A DNA stretch of 52,265 nucleotides from Armatimonadota bacterium. Lineage in GTDB: Bacteria > Armatimonadota > Fimbriimonadia > Fimbriimonadales > GBS-DC. Position numbers and translations under genes: made by a program. The DNA lies in NCBI GenBank assembly GCA_030550775.1, contig JAUQOS010000005.1:1-52265 (forward strand), given 5' to 3'. The number at the start of each line of letters is the position of its first letter. The first letter of the stretch is position 1. Below the pieces are notes generated by a model that was not told where the DNA came from, did not search any database, and saw only the letters and a list, made by a program, of their open reading frames with translations. Shown here piece by piece: positions 19,007 to 28,352 of the stretch.

Positions 19007-20125
19007 TCATCGCCCTGCGCGGGTTCGGTAGGCACTGGTGAGTCGGCTTGGAGCAATGGTGCCGCCGCTACGCACCAGCGCGTAGCGCACGCGCCATAGC
19101 AAAATCGTAATCATTAGCCCGATTGCCAAGCCGAGGAGGGCTGCCACGAGCCATCGCCCAGTGGCGTCGGAAGCGTTGGTAATTGCCCATTGGTACGCCC
19201 CCATGCCCAGCGCGCCGCCGATTGCGCCTGCCCACCGTGCGGGGCGCACCGGGAGGTTTGGCACGCAATGCGCCAGCCCATAGCCCAGAGTTGCTCCAAG
19301 CACGCTCAAGCCGACGAAACGCGCGAACCCCTCACCCAGCCCCACCAGCCAACCAAACAACAGCTGCCCGAAGGCGCCTGCCAACGCGCCCAGCAGTGCC
19401 CCGCCCAGCGCGTTGCCCAGCACTCGCAACACCCCAAACTCTGCACGAGCAACCTGCGGGAAAAACGCCTGCGGCAACCGCAGTCCAAGCGCAAGCAACA
19501 GCCCCACTGCCGCGCCCCAGCCCGCCATCGCCACCAACGCCCAGCCACGCCGCTCCGCAGGCAAAGGGAACCAATCTGCCACCTCTTGGGGATTGACCGT
19601 GAGCCGTTGGCTTTCCTCTCCGTAGCTCAAGCTGCCCCGAAACTCGCGCACACGCCCCTTCATTGTGATGCGCAAGGTATACGGTGTAGGGTCGCGGTCG
19701 CCGTGATTGGCAAAGTGATGCACATACACCACATAGTTACCCTCTGGCGCCCTGCCGGGCGGCCAGTAGATGTTCTCCACGGGGCTATTGGTAAGGCGCA
19801 TGCGGTCGGCATTAGCATCCACATCCAGCTTACCTCCTGTAGGGCTGGTGCGCTGCCGAAACCAGATGTGGTTGCCTGCAGGGTCAATCACATGGAGGTC
19901 CAAGTCGTTGCGGTTGTTCCACGCCAGTGAGAATTGGGGGTCGCCAAACTGCGCGCCTGCCTGCTCCAACCGTTGCGTAAGGTCGTCATCGGTTTCAAAC
20001 AGCAGCACCTTGTTGCCTGCTAGCAGGGTGGGCGTGTTGAGTACATCAAAAAGCGCGTTCAGCCCTAACGCGGTCAGCAACGCAACGGTTAGTCCTATCG
20101 CGCCAAAGAGCAGGCGGACACCCAT
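19007..20125 (-). CDS. Membrane protein with YfaP/DUF2135-like domain and Gly-rich multi-TM C-terminus
   Basis: N-terminal TM; SLAWNNRNDLDLHVIDPAG..GGKLDVDAN..PVENIYW..G.Y.V.V; about 5 Gly/Ala-rich helices including GYGLAHCVPNL. Confidence 0.8.
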   Translation of the reverse strand: MGVRLLFGAIGLTVALLTALGLNALFDVLNTPTLLAGNKVLLFETDDDLTQRLEQAGAQFGDPQFSLAWNNRNDLDLHVIDPAGNHIWFRQRTSPTGGKLDVDANADRMRLTNSPVENIYWPPGRAPEGNYVVYVHHFANHGDRDPTPYTLRITMKGRVREFRGSLSYGEESQRLTVNPQEVADWFPLPAERRGWALVAMAGWGAAVGLLLALGLRLPQAFFPQVARAEFGVLRVLGNALGGALLGALAGAFGQLLFGWLVGLGEGFARFVGLSVLGATLGYGLAHCVPNLPVRPARWAGAIGGALGMGAYQWAITNASDATGRWLVAALLGLAIGLMITILLWRVRYALVRSGGTIAPSRLTSAYRTRAGR

Positions 20126-20128
20126 CGG

Positions 20129-21679
20129 CTACCTCCGTTGGAACGCCTCCAATAGGCGATTGAGCAGCGTACTGTGGTTGGTTCGTGCGCGTAGGAGGCC
20201 ATTTCTGGGGGCGTAGGGTGCCTGCTCGCGCTTTACGTGCTCCACCAGCGCGTTCCAATACTCGACGAACCTTTGTGTGTTGCCGATGCAGTTGATGCGC
20301 GCGGAGTCGAGGCGGGCTTTGATGTCATCCAGAGTGTGCAGTAGCTGTTCGCGCATGTCGTGGAGGTTCTGCACCTCTTGGGCGCGCACAAATGCTTCTT
20401 GCACCTCAGGCTCTTGGCGGCGACGCTCCACATGCTTCCAATGGAGGTAGGCGATTCGGGCTTCGCGCTGGCGAATTTCTGGCTCACGCCAGCCCTTGAC
20501 CGCCTTGTTTACGATGTAGGGCGCGCTAACAATCAAGCCCACCAACAGGAACACCCAGAAGGCGAACTCCTCAGTAGCGGTGGCGCCAGTGAGCTGCGCT
20601 TCTTGCATACGCTCCTTGTATAGGGTGTACAGCCCGATAGCATCCACCAGTGCGACCGCGGCGGTAAGCACTACCACTGCTATGATGAATATGCCCACGC
20701 GCAGCAGCGAGTACATATGTGGAAAAGGCTCGGTGTTGGGCAAAGTGTTGCGTTTTTCGCTTGCCATCGCGGTGGAGGCAGCGACAGCGTAGGCGGTTTC
20801 GCCCACCAGCTTTTCCACAAACAGCCCGATGATAGCGGCCAGCACGACCAGCCACAGCGCCTCGGCGCGTTGCAAGGTCTCCCAGCTGAGCAAGCCCACA
20901 ATCACGCCCAAGTTAACGCCCAACAGCAGCCCCGCAAAAAGTGGCGCGCCGAACTCGAACAGCCATCGCCCCACCATCGTCCAGATGTTGCCGCGTGTGG
21001 ACACAGGCGCGATGCCTTGCTCGCCACATACCTCATCGTCGGAGGCGAAGTCGGCTTTGAGGGCTTTTTCCACCAGTGCTGGGCGAATTGGCTCAGGCGG
21101 TTGGGGTTTCTTGTGCCGTCGTTTCTTTTCTTCAGGCAACGGAAGCGGGATTTTCGCCCGCGCCATCGCCTGCATAAATGCTGTTTGCGCCTCGGCGAGG
21201 GCCCGCTCAATTTGCTCCAACTGCTGGGTGTACGCTTCGCGCTTTGGCTCCAGCTCGTGGCGCAGCTGTTCATACTCTCGGGCGGGGGTTTTCACCCACT
21301 GGGTGTAGCGCAAACGCAAGTCGCTCGCTTCCGCCGAATAGCCTGCGTGGAGCAGGTAGCTTTCCATCTGAAGCACCACACGCTCGGCATCCGCCAGTTG
21401 CTGATGCACCAGCAGGGGCGACTCATAGAACACATTCGGTTCCAACGGCAGCTGCCAGAAGGTAGAGGTGTGTGGATATGGCTCAATCAGGGGGCTGGGT
21501 TCGATAGGCGCGGTCACCCCATCGTGGTTTGGTTCAGGCGTTCCTGTGGTGTCAGGCGTTTTATCCACAGGTGTGTTGGGCACATCACTTGAAGGCATTT
21601 GCGCGGCAGCGTAGCCTTCTACTGATGGCTCTGCTTCATGCGGTTGCTCGAATGGCTGCTGATGTTCGTTTGTCATCAC
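20129..21679 (-). CDS. Four-TM protein flanked by coiled coils, unknown function
   Basis: Pro/Glu-rich N-terminus, heptad-rich helix, four hydrophobic segments, C-terminal coiled coil; SD GAGGGGG. Confidence 0.8.
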   Translation of the reverse strand: MMTNEHQQPFEQPHEAEPSVEGYAAAQMPSSDVPNTPVDKTPDTTGTPEPNHDGVTAPIEPSPLIEPYPHTSTFWQLPLEPNVFYESPLLVHQQLADAERVVLQMESYLLHAGYSAEASDLRLRYTQWVKTPAREYEQLRHELEPKREAYTQQLEQIERALAEAQTAFMQAMARAKIPLPLPEEKKRRHKKPQPPEPIRPALVEKALKADFASDDEVCGEQGIAPVSTRGNIWTMVGRWLFEFGAPLFAGLLLGVNLGVIVGLLSWETLQRAEALWLVVLAAIIGLFVEKLVGETAYAVAASTAMASEKRNTLPNTEPFPHMYSLLRVGIFIIAVVVLTAAVALVDAIGLYTLYKERMQEAQLTGATATEEFAFWVFLLVGLIVSAPYIVNKAVKGWREPEIRQREARIAYLHWKHVERRRQEPEVQEAFVRAQEVQNLHDMREQLLHTLDDIKARLDSARINCIGNTQRFVEYWNALVEHVKREQAPYAPRNGLLRARTNHSTLLNRLLEAFQRR

Positions 21680-21690
21680 AATCCCCCCTC

Positions 21691-22401
21691 TTACATCTGT
21701 CCTAAAGTATACAGGTGTTCTTTGACGCGCCCGATGGTGTCCAACGCATCGGTTTCGCCGAACACAAACAGCTTGCCCGCCTTGCGCAGCGGCTCGTAGT
21801 AGTCGTTTTCCACTGCCAAGCGGTACTTGTTCAACACAGGTCCCACGATGAAGGCGACCACGCGCTCGTCTTGGGCTAAGGCACGCGCGAGAGCGCGCGT
21901 TTGCTTCGCGTCGTGGCTCTCACCGTCAGTGAACAGGCACAGGACATACTTGCGATCGGGATACTGTTCCAAATAGGTTTGAAACTCGCGCATCACCTTG
22001 TCAGGGCGCGTGCCCCACTTGCCCATGTAGCTTTCGATGGTGTCGCGAGAAACTTTGCCCAGCTCACGGGATGCCAAGGGGCGTCCTTCGTGGACGGTTT
22101 CTACGGTTTCAGCGTAGCGCCAGATTTTGATGGGGGTACGAGTAGGCAAGACGGTACCAATCATCTTGTTGAGAAACGCCACCGACTGTTGCTTCTGCTT
22201 GGTGCTCACCGATTGGCTGATGTCAAAACCCGCCCCCACTGCTAAGGGTATTTGAATGGCTTGGCGTTGGCTGTAGTTCCAGACCCACCAACCCCCTGCC
22301 ATCACCGCTACAGCGATTACTAGTAGCACTAAGCCTACTGCCCATGGGTTGTGTCCGTCCCCCTCGTAGCTGCGGGAGCGACCTCCGCGATATCGTGCCA
22401 T
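21691..22401 (-). CDS. Membrane-anchored vWA (MIDAS) domain protein
   Basis: Basic N-terminus, one TM helix, DISQS (DxSxS), GT, LFTDGE; SD AGGAGG. Confidence 0.82.
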   Translation of the reverse strand: MARYRGGRSRSYEGDGHNPWAVGLVLLVIAVAVMAGGWWVWNYSQRQAIQIPLAVGAGFDISQSVSTKQKQQSVAFLNKMIGTVLPTRTPIKIWRYAETVETVHEGRPLASRELGKVSRDTIESYMGKWGTRPDKVMREFQTYLEQYPDRKYVLCLFTDGESHDAKQTRALARALAQDERVVAFIVGPVLNKYRLAVENDYYEPLRKAGKLFVFGETDALDTIGRVKEHLYTLGQM

Positions 22402-22420
22402 AGCCGCCTCCTGCTTTTGA

Positions 22421-22447
22421 TACGACTATTTTGTGCGCGGGGTTCCT
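22421..22447 (-). promoter_or_regulatory. ECF-type promoter GGAAC-N17-CGTA for the vWA operon
   Basis: Minus strand AGGAACcccgcgcacaaaatagtCGTAtc; an extra TATAAT lies at 22480-22485. Confidence 0.6.
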
Positions 22448-22505
22448 GTGAGGCGTTGTATGCCTATCCCCCAGTGCTAATTATAACCCAAGTGGCTCCC
22501 TCTAT

Positions 22506-22683
22506 GAGATTCCTCGCCTACGGCTCGGAATGACAAGCATATTGTGCGCAAACAACTTTGTCATCCTGAGCGCAGCGAGGGGTCTCAACCGTGTTTTCAC
22601 CGGAGATTCCTCGCCATCGGCCCGGAATGACAAAGCCCTTGCTGGCAAAAATGGAATGTCACTCCGAGCCAGCGAGGAATCTC
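22506..22683. repeat. Cluster of four alternating REP units (GAGATTCCTCGCC..CGGCTCGGAATGACA family)
   Basis: Units at 22506-22535 (fwd), 22559-22586 (rev), 22603-22632 (fwd), 22657-22683 (rev). Confidence 0.85.
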
Positions 22684-22744
22684 ACCCACTCAAAACGGAC
22701 AGGCGGTGATTATATCAGTGATGGGGCGTTACGAGAAGAGGTTT

Positions 22745-22917
22745 TCCCCGCCGTGCCGTGCGCCGTTGGGGTCGCGAACCCCAAGGTTCCTTTTTGGGAG
22801 GTCTGGCTCGCCTCGCGATTCGTCGCCTGCGCGACGCTTCCACTCAGCCAAGCCATCACTCCCTGCCATGTTGGCGACGGTTCGACCCACCTCGGGCGTC
22901 ACGCACACGGCAGGACG
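22745..22917 (-). ncRNA. ssrS: 6S RNA
   Basis: About 175 nt starting just after TATAAT (22924-22929). 5' GUCCUGCCGUG pairs with 3' CACGGCGGGG. An internal UUGGGGUUCGCGACCCCAA hairpin lies in the 3' half. Located downstream of rel-dtd. Confidence 0.75.
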
Positions 22918-22983
22918 CATGAGATTATACCTGCAAGCGGTGCTTTTGGTTCCTGTGTTTGCTTTCGGTTCGCGTAGCCGAGT

Positions 22984-23007
22984 CGTCAGCGGGGGCACCG
23001 ACGCTAC
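22984..23007 (-). repeat. GTAG-tagged REP whose tag supplies the dtd stop codon
   Basis: Minus strand GTAG-CGTCGGT-gccccc-GCTGACG; TAG at 23004-23006. Confidence 0.6.
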
Positions 23008-23465
23008 GGGGTGATGGGCGAATCGGCAGGCGCGTCGACAATGAGCGTGACGGGACCGTCGTTTTGCAGGCGTACTTGCATTGTTGCGCCGTAGACGCCC
23101 GTTTGCAGGGGCACGCCCTCCGCCTGCAGATACGCGCAAAACTGCTCGTAGAGCGTGCGCCCCGCGTCGTAGGGCGCGGACTCGGTAAAGCTGGGGCGTC
23201 TGCCCTTGCGACAGTCGCCATAGAGCGTGAAGTTGGAGACTACCAGCATCGCCCCACCAACTTCCAGCACGGAGCGGTTGAGTTTGCCTGCCTCGTCCTC
23301 GAAAAAGCGCAGGTGAGCGAGTTTTTGCGCCAGCCAGCGCGCCTGTTGCTCAGTATCGCTCTGGTGCACGCCCAACAGCACCAGCGCGCCTTGCTCGATG
23401 CGGGCAACCACTTGCCCGTCCACTTCCACTTCTGCCCACTTAACTCTTTGCACGACGGCTCGCAT
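23004..23465 (-). CDS. dtd: D-aminoacyl-tRNA deacylase
   Basis: [30 protein letters not shown]. Confidence 0.96.
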   Translation of the reverse strand: MRAVVQRVKWAEVEVDGQVVARIEQGALVLLGVHQSDTEQQARWLAQKLAHLRFFEDEAGKLNRSVLEVGGAMLVVSNFTLYGDCRKGRRPSFTESAPYDAGRTLYEQFCAYLQAEGVPLQTGVYGATMQVRLQNDGPVTLIVDAPADSPITP

Positions 23466-25650
23466 CCTTGCCCGATTCTCCTACCACGCGCGAGACGGAG
23501 ATTACATCTTCTAGGTTGGCGAGTTTTTGGGTAAGCGCGCGTAGCTCTTGCGCGCTGTGAACTTGTACTACCAAGTCAATAATTGCGGTTGTGCTGGAGG
23601 GGCGTCGCACGCGCACATCTTCGATGTTGATGTTTGAGCTACCCAAGATGGTGGTGATGTCGGCCAGCACACCAGGACGGTCGGTGGCTTCGAAGCGCAG
23701 CAGGGCGGGGTAGGTGTGCTCGTTCGTGGGCTGCCATTCCAGCTGCATAATGCGCTCTGGCTCGCGTTCTTCCAGCACGCGCAGGTTGGGGCAGGAGGCG
23801 CGGTGCATCACGATGCCGCGTCCGCGCGAAATGTAGCCACGCAGTTCGTCGCCTGGCAACGGGTAGCAACAGTTGGCGCGGCGGGTGAGGTAGCCATCAA
23901 CCTCGCCGATGTGCATTGCGGGGGTGGGGCGTGGCGTAGGCAGTGTCGACGGCTCTGGATACGTGCTGGGCACCAATGCCCGCAGGCGTTGCGCCACCGC
24001 CTGCACACCAGTTAGCCCCTCACCGATGCTTGCCAGTAGATCGTCCTCGCTGCGGAAGTTGAGCGCTTTGAGGATTTCAGGCAACGCCTCTTTGTACTGA
24101 GCGATGCCAATGCGTAGGCGCGCCAACTCGCGCTCCAGCAAGGTTCGCCCATGCTCGATAAACTCTGCGCGACGCACCTCGCGAAAATAAGCGCGGATTT
24201 TGCTGCGCGCGCTGGAGGTGCGCACGATACCCAACCAATCATAGCTAGGTTGCGCGTTTGGGCGCGTGATGATTTCCACCACATCGCCCGTGCGCAGTTT
24301 GTAGTCCAACGGCACAATGCGCCCGTTCACGCGCGCCCCCGCACAGCGATTGCCCACTTGCGTGTGGATTCGGTAGGCGAAATCAATCGGCGTGGAGCCT
24401 TCGGGCAGGTCAATGATGTCGCCTTTGGGCGTGAACACGAACACCTGATCCGCGGTCATGTCGCGGAACACGCTGGTGAGAAACTCCAAGTTGCTCTTGA
24501 AGTCGGTTAGGTCGCGCAGCTGCTGCTGCAAAGCGGGGATCTGAATAGGTTTGAGGTCTTGCCCCTCCTTGTAGCGCCAGTGGGCTGCCACGCCGTACTC
24601 GGCAACCTTGTGCATTTGCCAAGTGCGGATTTGCACCTCCAACGTGCGCTCGTTGGGACCAATCACTTTGGTGTGCAGCGATTGGTAGCCGTTGGGTTTG
24701 GGCGAGGCGATGTAATCGTAAAACAGGGTCGGGATGGGGCGCCACAGTTCGTGCACGATGCCCAGCGCGGTATAGCACTCTTCTACGGTATCGGTAAGCA
24801 CGCGCAGCGCGATTAGGTCGTAAATTTGGCTGAAGTCGATTTGCTGCTGCTTCATTTTGTTGAAGATGCTCCAAAGGTGCTTGGGGCGCCCCATCACTTC
24901 AGCACGGATGCCGCGCTCCCATAGCCGCTCTTTGAGGATGCGAATGAGTTCTTGCACCTCTTGTTCGCGTTCAGCGCGGGTGCGTGCCACCTTCTGGCTA
25001 ATCTCGCGATATTCTTGTGGGTAGAGGTATTTGAACGCCAAGTCGTCAAGCTGCGCCTTGATTTTGTAGATGCCCAAGCGGTGTGCCAGTGGTGCGTATA
25101 CCTGCAGGGTCTCGGCGGCGATTTGGATTTGCTTTTCGGGGGGCAAAGCATCTAGCGTTTGCATGTTGTGCAGGCGGTCAGCGAGTTTGATAATCATCAC
25201 GCGCAGGTCATCAGCGACCGCCAGCAGCAGTTTGCGCAGGTTCTCGGCGGTTTTGGCAATGCTCATCCGACGCTTGCCTGCCTCGTTGAAGATTTCCAGC
25301 TTGCGCTCGGAATGGTGCAGCTTGGTCACGCCTTCCACCAGTTGGCGCACGGTGGTGCCGAAGCGCTGCTCCAGCTCTTCGGGGGTGGTGGGCGTATCTT
25401 CCAACACGTCGTGAAGTAGCCCCGCAATGACGGTGTTAATGCCCATTTGCAGGTCTGCCAAGATGTGTGCCACCGCCAGCGGGTGGGTAATGTAGGGTTC
25501 CCCGCTTTTACGCTGTTGTCCGTGGTGCCGCTCTTCCGCGAACAGGTAGGCGTCCACAAGGCGTGCGGTGTCGGCGTCAGGCGCGTATTCACGTACCCTA
25601 TGGACAAGCTCCTCAACCTGCTCGGGAAGCTCCAACTCGATGGTTTGCAT
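23440..25650 (-). CDS. rel: Bifunctional (p)ppGpp synthetase/hydrolase
   Basis: [19 protein letters not shown] (intact HD), [29 protein letters not shown] (DFAYRIHT), CC zinc finger, ACT. Confidence 0.96.
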   Translation of the reverse strand: MQTIELELPEQVEELVHRVREYAPDADTARLVDAYLFAEERHHGQQRKSGEPYITHPLAVAHILADLQMGINTVIAGLLHDVLEDTPTTPEELEQRFGTTVRQLVEGVTKLHHSERKLEIFNEAGKRRMSIAKTAENLRKLLLAVADDLRVMIIKLADRLHNMQTLDALPPEKQIQIAAETLQVYAPLAHRLGIYKIKAQLDDLAFKYLYPQEYREISQKVARTRAEREQEVQELIRILKERLWERGIRAEVMGRPKHLWSIFNKMKQQQIDFSQIYDLIALRVLTDTVEECYTALGIVHELWRPIPTLFYDYIASPKPNGYQSLHTKVIGPNERTLEVQIRTWQMHKVAEYGVAAHWRYKEGQDLKPIQIPALQQQLRDLTDFKSNLEFLTSVFRDMTADQVFVFTPKGDIIDLPEGSTPIDFAYRIHTQVGNRCAGARVNGRIVPLDYKLRTGDVVEIITRPNAQPSYDWLGIVRTSSARSKIRAYFREVRRAEFIEHGRTLLERELARLRIGIAQYKEALPEILKALNFRSEDDLLASIGEGLTGVQAVAQRLRALVPSTYPEPSTLPTPRPTPAMHIGEVDGYLTRRANCCYPLPGDELRGYISRGRGIVMHRASCPNLRVLEEREPERIMQLEWQPTNEHTYPALLRFEATDRPGVLADITTILGSSNINIEDVRVRRPSSTTAIIDLVVQVHSAQELRALTQKLANLEDVISVSRVVGESGKDASRRAKS

Positions 25651-25717
25651 CGCTGTTTATGAGACTCCTGCTTCGCGTGGGCGCAGCCACAAGTGCGCCT
25701 GATTACAATTACGCAAA

Positions 25718-26164
25718 CTACATCACGCGCATCACATCAATGTCGCGCTCGTCTTCATCAAATGGCGGCAGGCTCTGAATAATCGCCGCCTGTGCTTGCA
25801 AAGTTTCGTCATCGCGTGAGAAGATCAGGTCGCCGTTTTCGGTGGCTAACTGCCACAACGCGCTGTCGCGTGGGCTAATCAGCATCAGATCAAGGTAATA
25901 GTCAGGGCTAACCACAGGGTAGAGGCGGGCTGCCAGTTGGCGCAGCGTTTCAATTTTGTCCTCATGGGAGAGCGATTCGTCCAGCCACACGCCGAAAGTG
26001 GCGTCGCTGCGCATCACCCCCTCCGCATGCACAGTAAACGCCAACACTACCAGCACCTCATCCATCTGCTCCACGATGCTTAGCAGCATCGGCAGTCGCT
26101 CCACGGGCATCGGTGCGCGCCCTTCGGGATTAGGATCGTCCAAGAAACTGCGTTCTTCTGCCAT
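25718..26164 (-). CDS. Hypothetical protein resembling a degenerate minimal nucleotidyltransferase (MNT)
   Basis: AAGGAG SD and upstream TATACT; pattern VLVVLAFTVHAEG..SDATFGV..LDLMLI..GDLIFSRD. Confidence 0.65.
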   Translation of the reverse strand: MAEERSFLDDPNPEGRAPMPVERLPMLLSIVEQMDEVLVVLAFTVHAEGVMRSDATFGVWLDESLSHEDKIETLRQLAARLYPVVSPDYYLDLMLISPRDSALWQLATENGDLIFSRDDETLQAQAAIIQSLPPFDEDERDIDVMRVM

Positions 26165-26272
26165 CGTTGGAATACTCCTTGTTGAAGTATACCTACTCCA
26201 CAACGCCGCCGCACCGTCCGAAACGACACAGCAGATGGGTATAATCCTATGCCTAAGCAGGAGGCATATATG

Positions 26273-26584
26273 ATGTACGCGATTATCCAAACTGGAGGCA
26301 AGCAATACCGAGTAGAGCCGAACACCGTGCTCAGCGTGGAAAAAATAGAGGCAGAACCAGGCACGGAGATAGAAATCAGCGAAGTGCTGATGGTGCGCAC
26401 CGACGAGGGCTTGCGCGCAGGTACCCCCTATGTGCAAGGAGCAAAAGTCGTTGCGGAGGTCGTCAAACAAATCAAGGGCCCCAAGATTATCGGCTTCAAG
26501 TATAAGCCTAAGAAAAACGAGCGCAAGCGCTGGGGGCACCGGCAGCGCTACACCGTCTTGCGCATCAAGGAAATCCAAATTTAG
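26273..26584 (+). CDS. rplU: 50S ribosomal protein L21
   Basis: MYAIIQTGGKQYRV..GHRQ.YT; AGGAGG SD (start 26270 or 26273). Confidence 0.97.
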   Translation: MYAIIQTGGKQYRVEPNTVLSVEKIEAEPGTEIEISEVLMVRTDEGLRAGTPYVQGAKVVAEVVKQIKGPKIIGFKYKPKKNERKRWGHRQRYTVLRIKEIQI

Positions 26585-26587
26585 GCA

Positions 26588-26947
26588 ATGCCTGAGGCAA
26601 TCCAGCGTGTGTTGACCGCCCTGCTGGAGGACATTCAAGCAGGGTTCGTAATTCGCATCGACGCGGGCGACCGCTACCGCGCCGAAGTAGACGGCTACAT
26701 TATCCAGTTCGAGGGCGAGGATGACCTTCTCCACTGCAGCGTGCGCCGCGCCGACGGTGCCCCTATTGACTTGGAAGCTGCCCATCGGATTGTGGAACCG
26801 TTTTTTGGCGTGATGCCCAAAGGAATCGTATGGTTCAAGCCTGCCGAGTTCTCGGTGCATTATTATGTGGGACACGACCACTTTGTGCAAGCTCACTTGG
26901 ACGCCCGTCGCGCCCCTGTTGACTTCCCGAACGCCTCCATGCCATAA
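26588..26947 (+). CDS. Hypothetical protein
   Basis: 119-aa ORF 3 nt after rplU with globular composition; no recognised motif. Confidence 0.7.
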   Translation: MPEAIQRVLTALLEDIQAGFVIRIDAGDRYRAEVDGYIIQFEGEDDLLHCSVRRADGAPIDLEAAHRIVEPFFGVMPKGIVWFKPAEFSVHYYVGHDHFVQAHLDARRAPVDFPNASMP

Positions 26948-26948
26948 T
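26919..26948 (+). promoter_or_regulatory. Sigma-A type promoter for sufD
   Basis: TTGACT-N18-CATAAT with TG extension. Confidence 0.6.
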
Positions 26949-26975
26949 TTAGCCACGCTAAAGATTTAGGAGGCA

Positions 26976-28352
26976 ATGCGAATGACGACAGAAGTTCTCA
27001 AGGATGTACCACAGGGATTGACGCGCGAGCGCATCGAGCAGCTTGCACGCGCCAGTGGCGAACCTGAATGGCATATTCAGCGACGAACGGAGGCGTTTGA
27101 ACGGTTTTTGAACCTGCCGATTCCCTCACCTAAACAGGAAGATTGGCGCTATACGGACATCACCACGCTCCACTTAGAAGATTACACCGCAGTGGCGTGG
27201 AGCGACGTGCCACGTGGTAGCGCGCCGACCACGATGCCTCCCTTCCTTACCGAGCAGCCCGTGGTGCGCGTGTTCCACACGGCAGGGTTCGGCTTCGAGG
27301 CACATGTTCCTGAGGTTTTGCAAGCGCAGGGTGTGCAGGTGCGCGACTTGCGCGAAGTGCTTATTAACTCACCTGAGTTGCTGGAGGCGGACTTGGGGCG
27401 CTTGGCGCCCATCCCGGGCGATAAACTCACTGTGTTGCACACTGCCGCTTGGGACAGTGGGCTGTATGTATATATCCCGCGCAACCTACAGATAGACGGC
27501 GTGATTGAGATTATCCACTGGTTCGAAACGCCCGGCATGCACTTTCCCCACACGGTGATTGTGTGTGAGCCAGGCAGCGCGGCGAACATTGTGCAATCGT
27601 TCTTCTCGCCCGAAAGGGTGCGCGTGTTTGTATTGGGCGCGGTGGAGGTATTTTGCAAGCCCAACAGCGAACTGCGCCACACAGTGATGCAGCGCATGGG
27701 GCGCGAGAGCTGGTTTATCAGCAGCATCGACTATGAACAAGGGCGCGACAGCCGCGTGCTGTCGCTGAATGTGGGGCTGGGCGCGCAGCTGGGGCGCACC
27801 GTGCTGCAGCACCTGATGACCGAACCCGGCGCCGAAGCGCGCCCGCTGGGGCTGTTCTTCGGCGACGGCAAGCAGCATCTGGACTTCCGCACGTTGCAGG
27901 ACCATCGCGTGGGGCACACTACCAGCGACCTGCTCTACAAGGGCGTCTTGGCGGACGAAGCGACCTCGGTCTTTTCGGGGCTGATTCGCGTGCACCCAAA
28001 AGCGCAACACACCGACGCCTACCAAGCCAACCGCAACCTGCTGCTTAGCGACGAGGCACGTGCCTACAGCATCCCCAACTTGGAGATTGGCGCGAACGAG
28101 GTGCGCTGCACGCACGGGGCAACTGTTGGTCCAATCCAGCCCGACGAGCTGTTTTACCTACGCTCGCGCGGAATCGACCCTGAGGCAGCGGAAGCGCTGA
28201 TTGTGATGGGCTTTTTCGAGGTAGTACTGCGCGAGGTCAAGCCCGCCGACTTGCGCTTGTCCATCCAAAAGCTCTTGGCGAGCAAGCTCAAAGGCGAGGC
28301 ACCGCGCTACTTTATGGACCTAGCCGAGCTGGACGAGGAAGTGCTGGTCTGA
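26976..28352 (+). CDS. sufD: Fe-S cluster assembly protein SufD
   Basis: EDWRYT, SDLLYKGVL, QHTDAYQANRNLLLS, PNLEI...VRCTHGATVG, LFYLRSRGI. Confidence 0.92.
   Translation: MRMTTEVLKDVPQGLTRERIEQLARASGEPEWHIQRRTEAFERFLNLPIPSPKQEDWRYTDITTLHLEDYTAVAWSDVPRGSAPTTMPPFLTEQPVVRVFHTAGFGFEAHVPEVLQAQGVQVRDLREVLINSPELLEADLGRLAPIPGDKLTVLHTAAWDSGLYVYIPRNLQIDGVIEIIHWFETPGMHFPHTVIVCEPGSAANIVQSFFSPERVRVFVLGAVEVFCKPNSELRHTVMQRMGRESWFISSIDYEQGRDSRVLSLNVGLGAQLGRTVLQHLMTEPGAEARPLGLFFGDGKQHLDFRTLQDHRVGHTTSDLLYKGVLADEATSVFSGLIRVHPKAQHTDAYQANRNLLLSDEARAYSIPNLEIGANEVRCTHGATVGPIQPDELFYLRSRGIDPEAAEALIVMGFFEVVLREVKPADLRLSIQKLLASKLKGEAPRYFMDLAELDEEVLV

Noticed and set aside
22506-22683. CRISPR array
   Set aside because: Units alternate in orientation, are degenerate, have 16-24 nt spacers and recur dispersed across the window; no cas genes are present.
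26165-26956. 412-aa minus-strand ORF starting at 26956
   Set aside because: The upstream part is antisense to rplU; only 25718-26164 has an SD and promoter.
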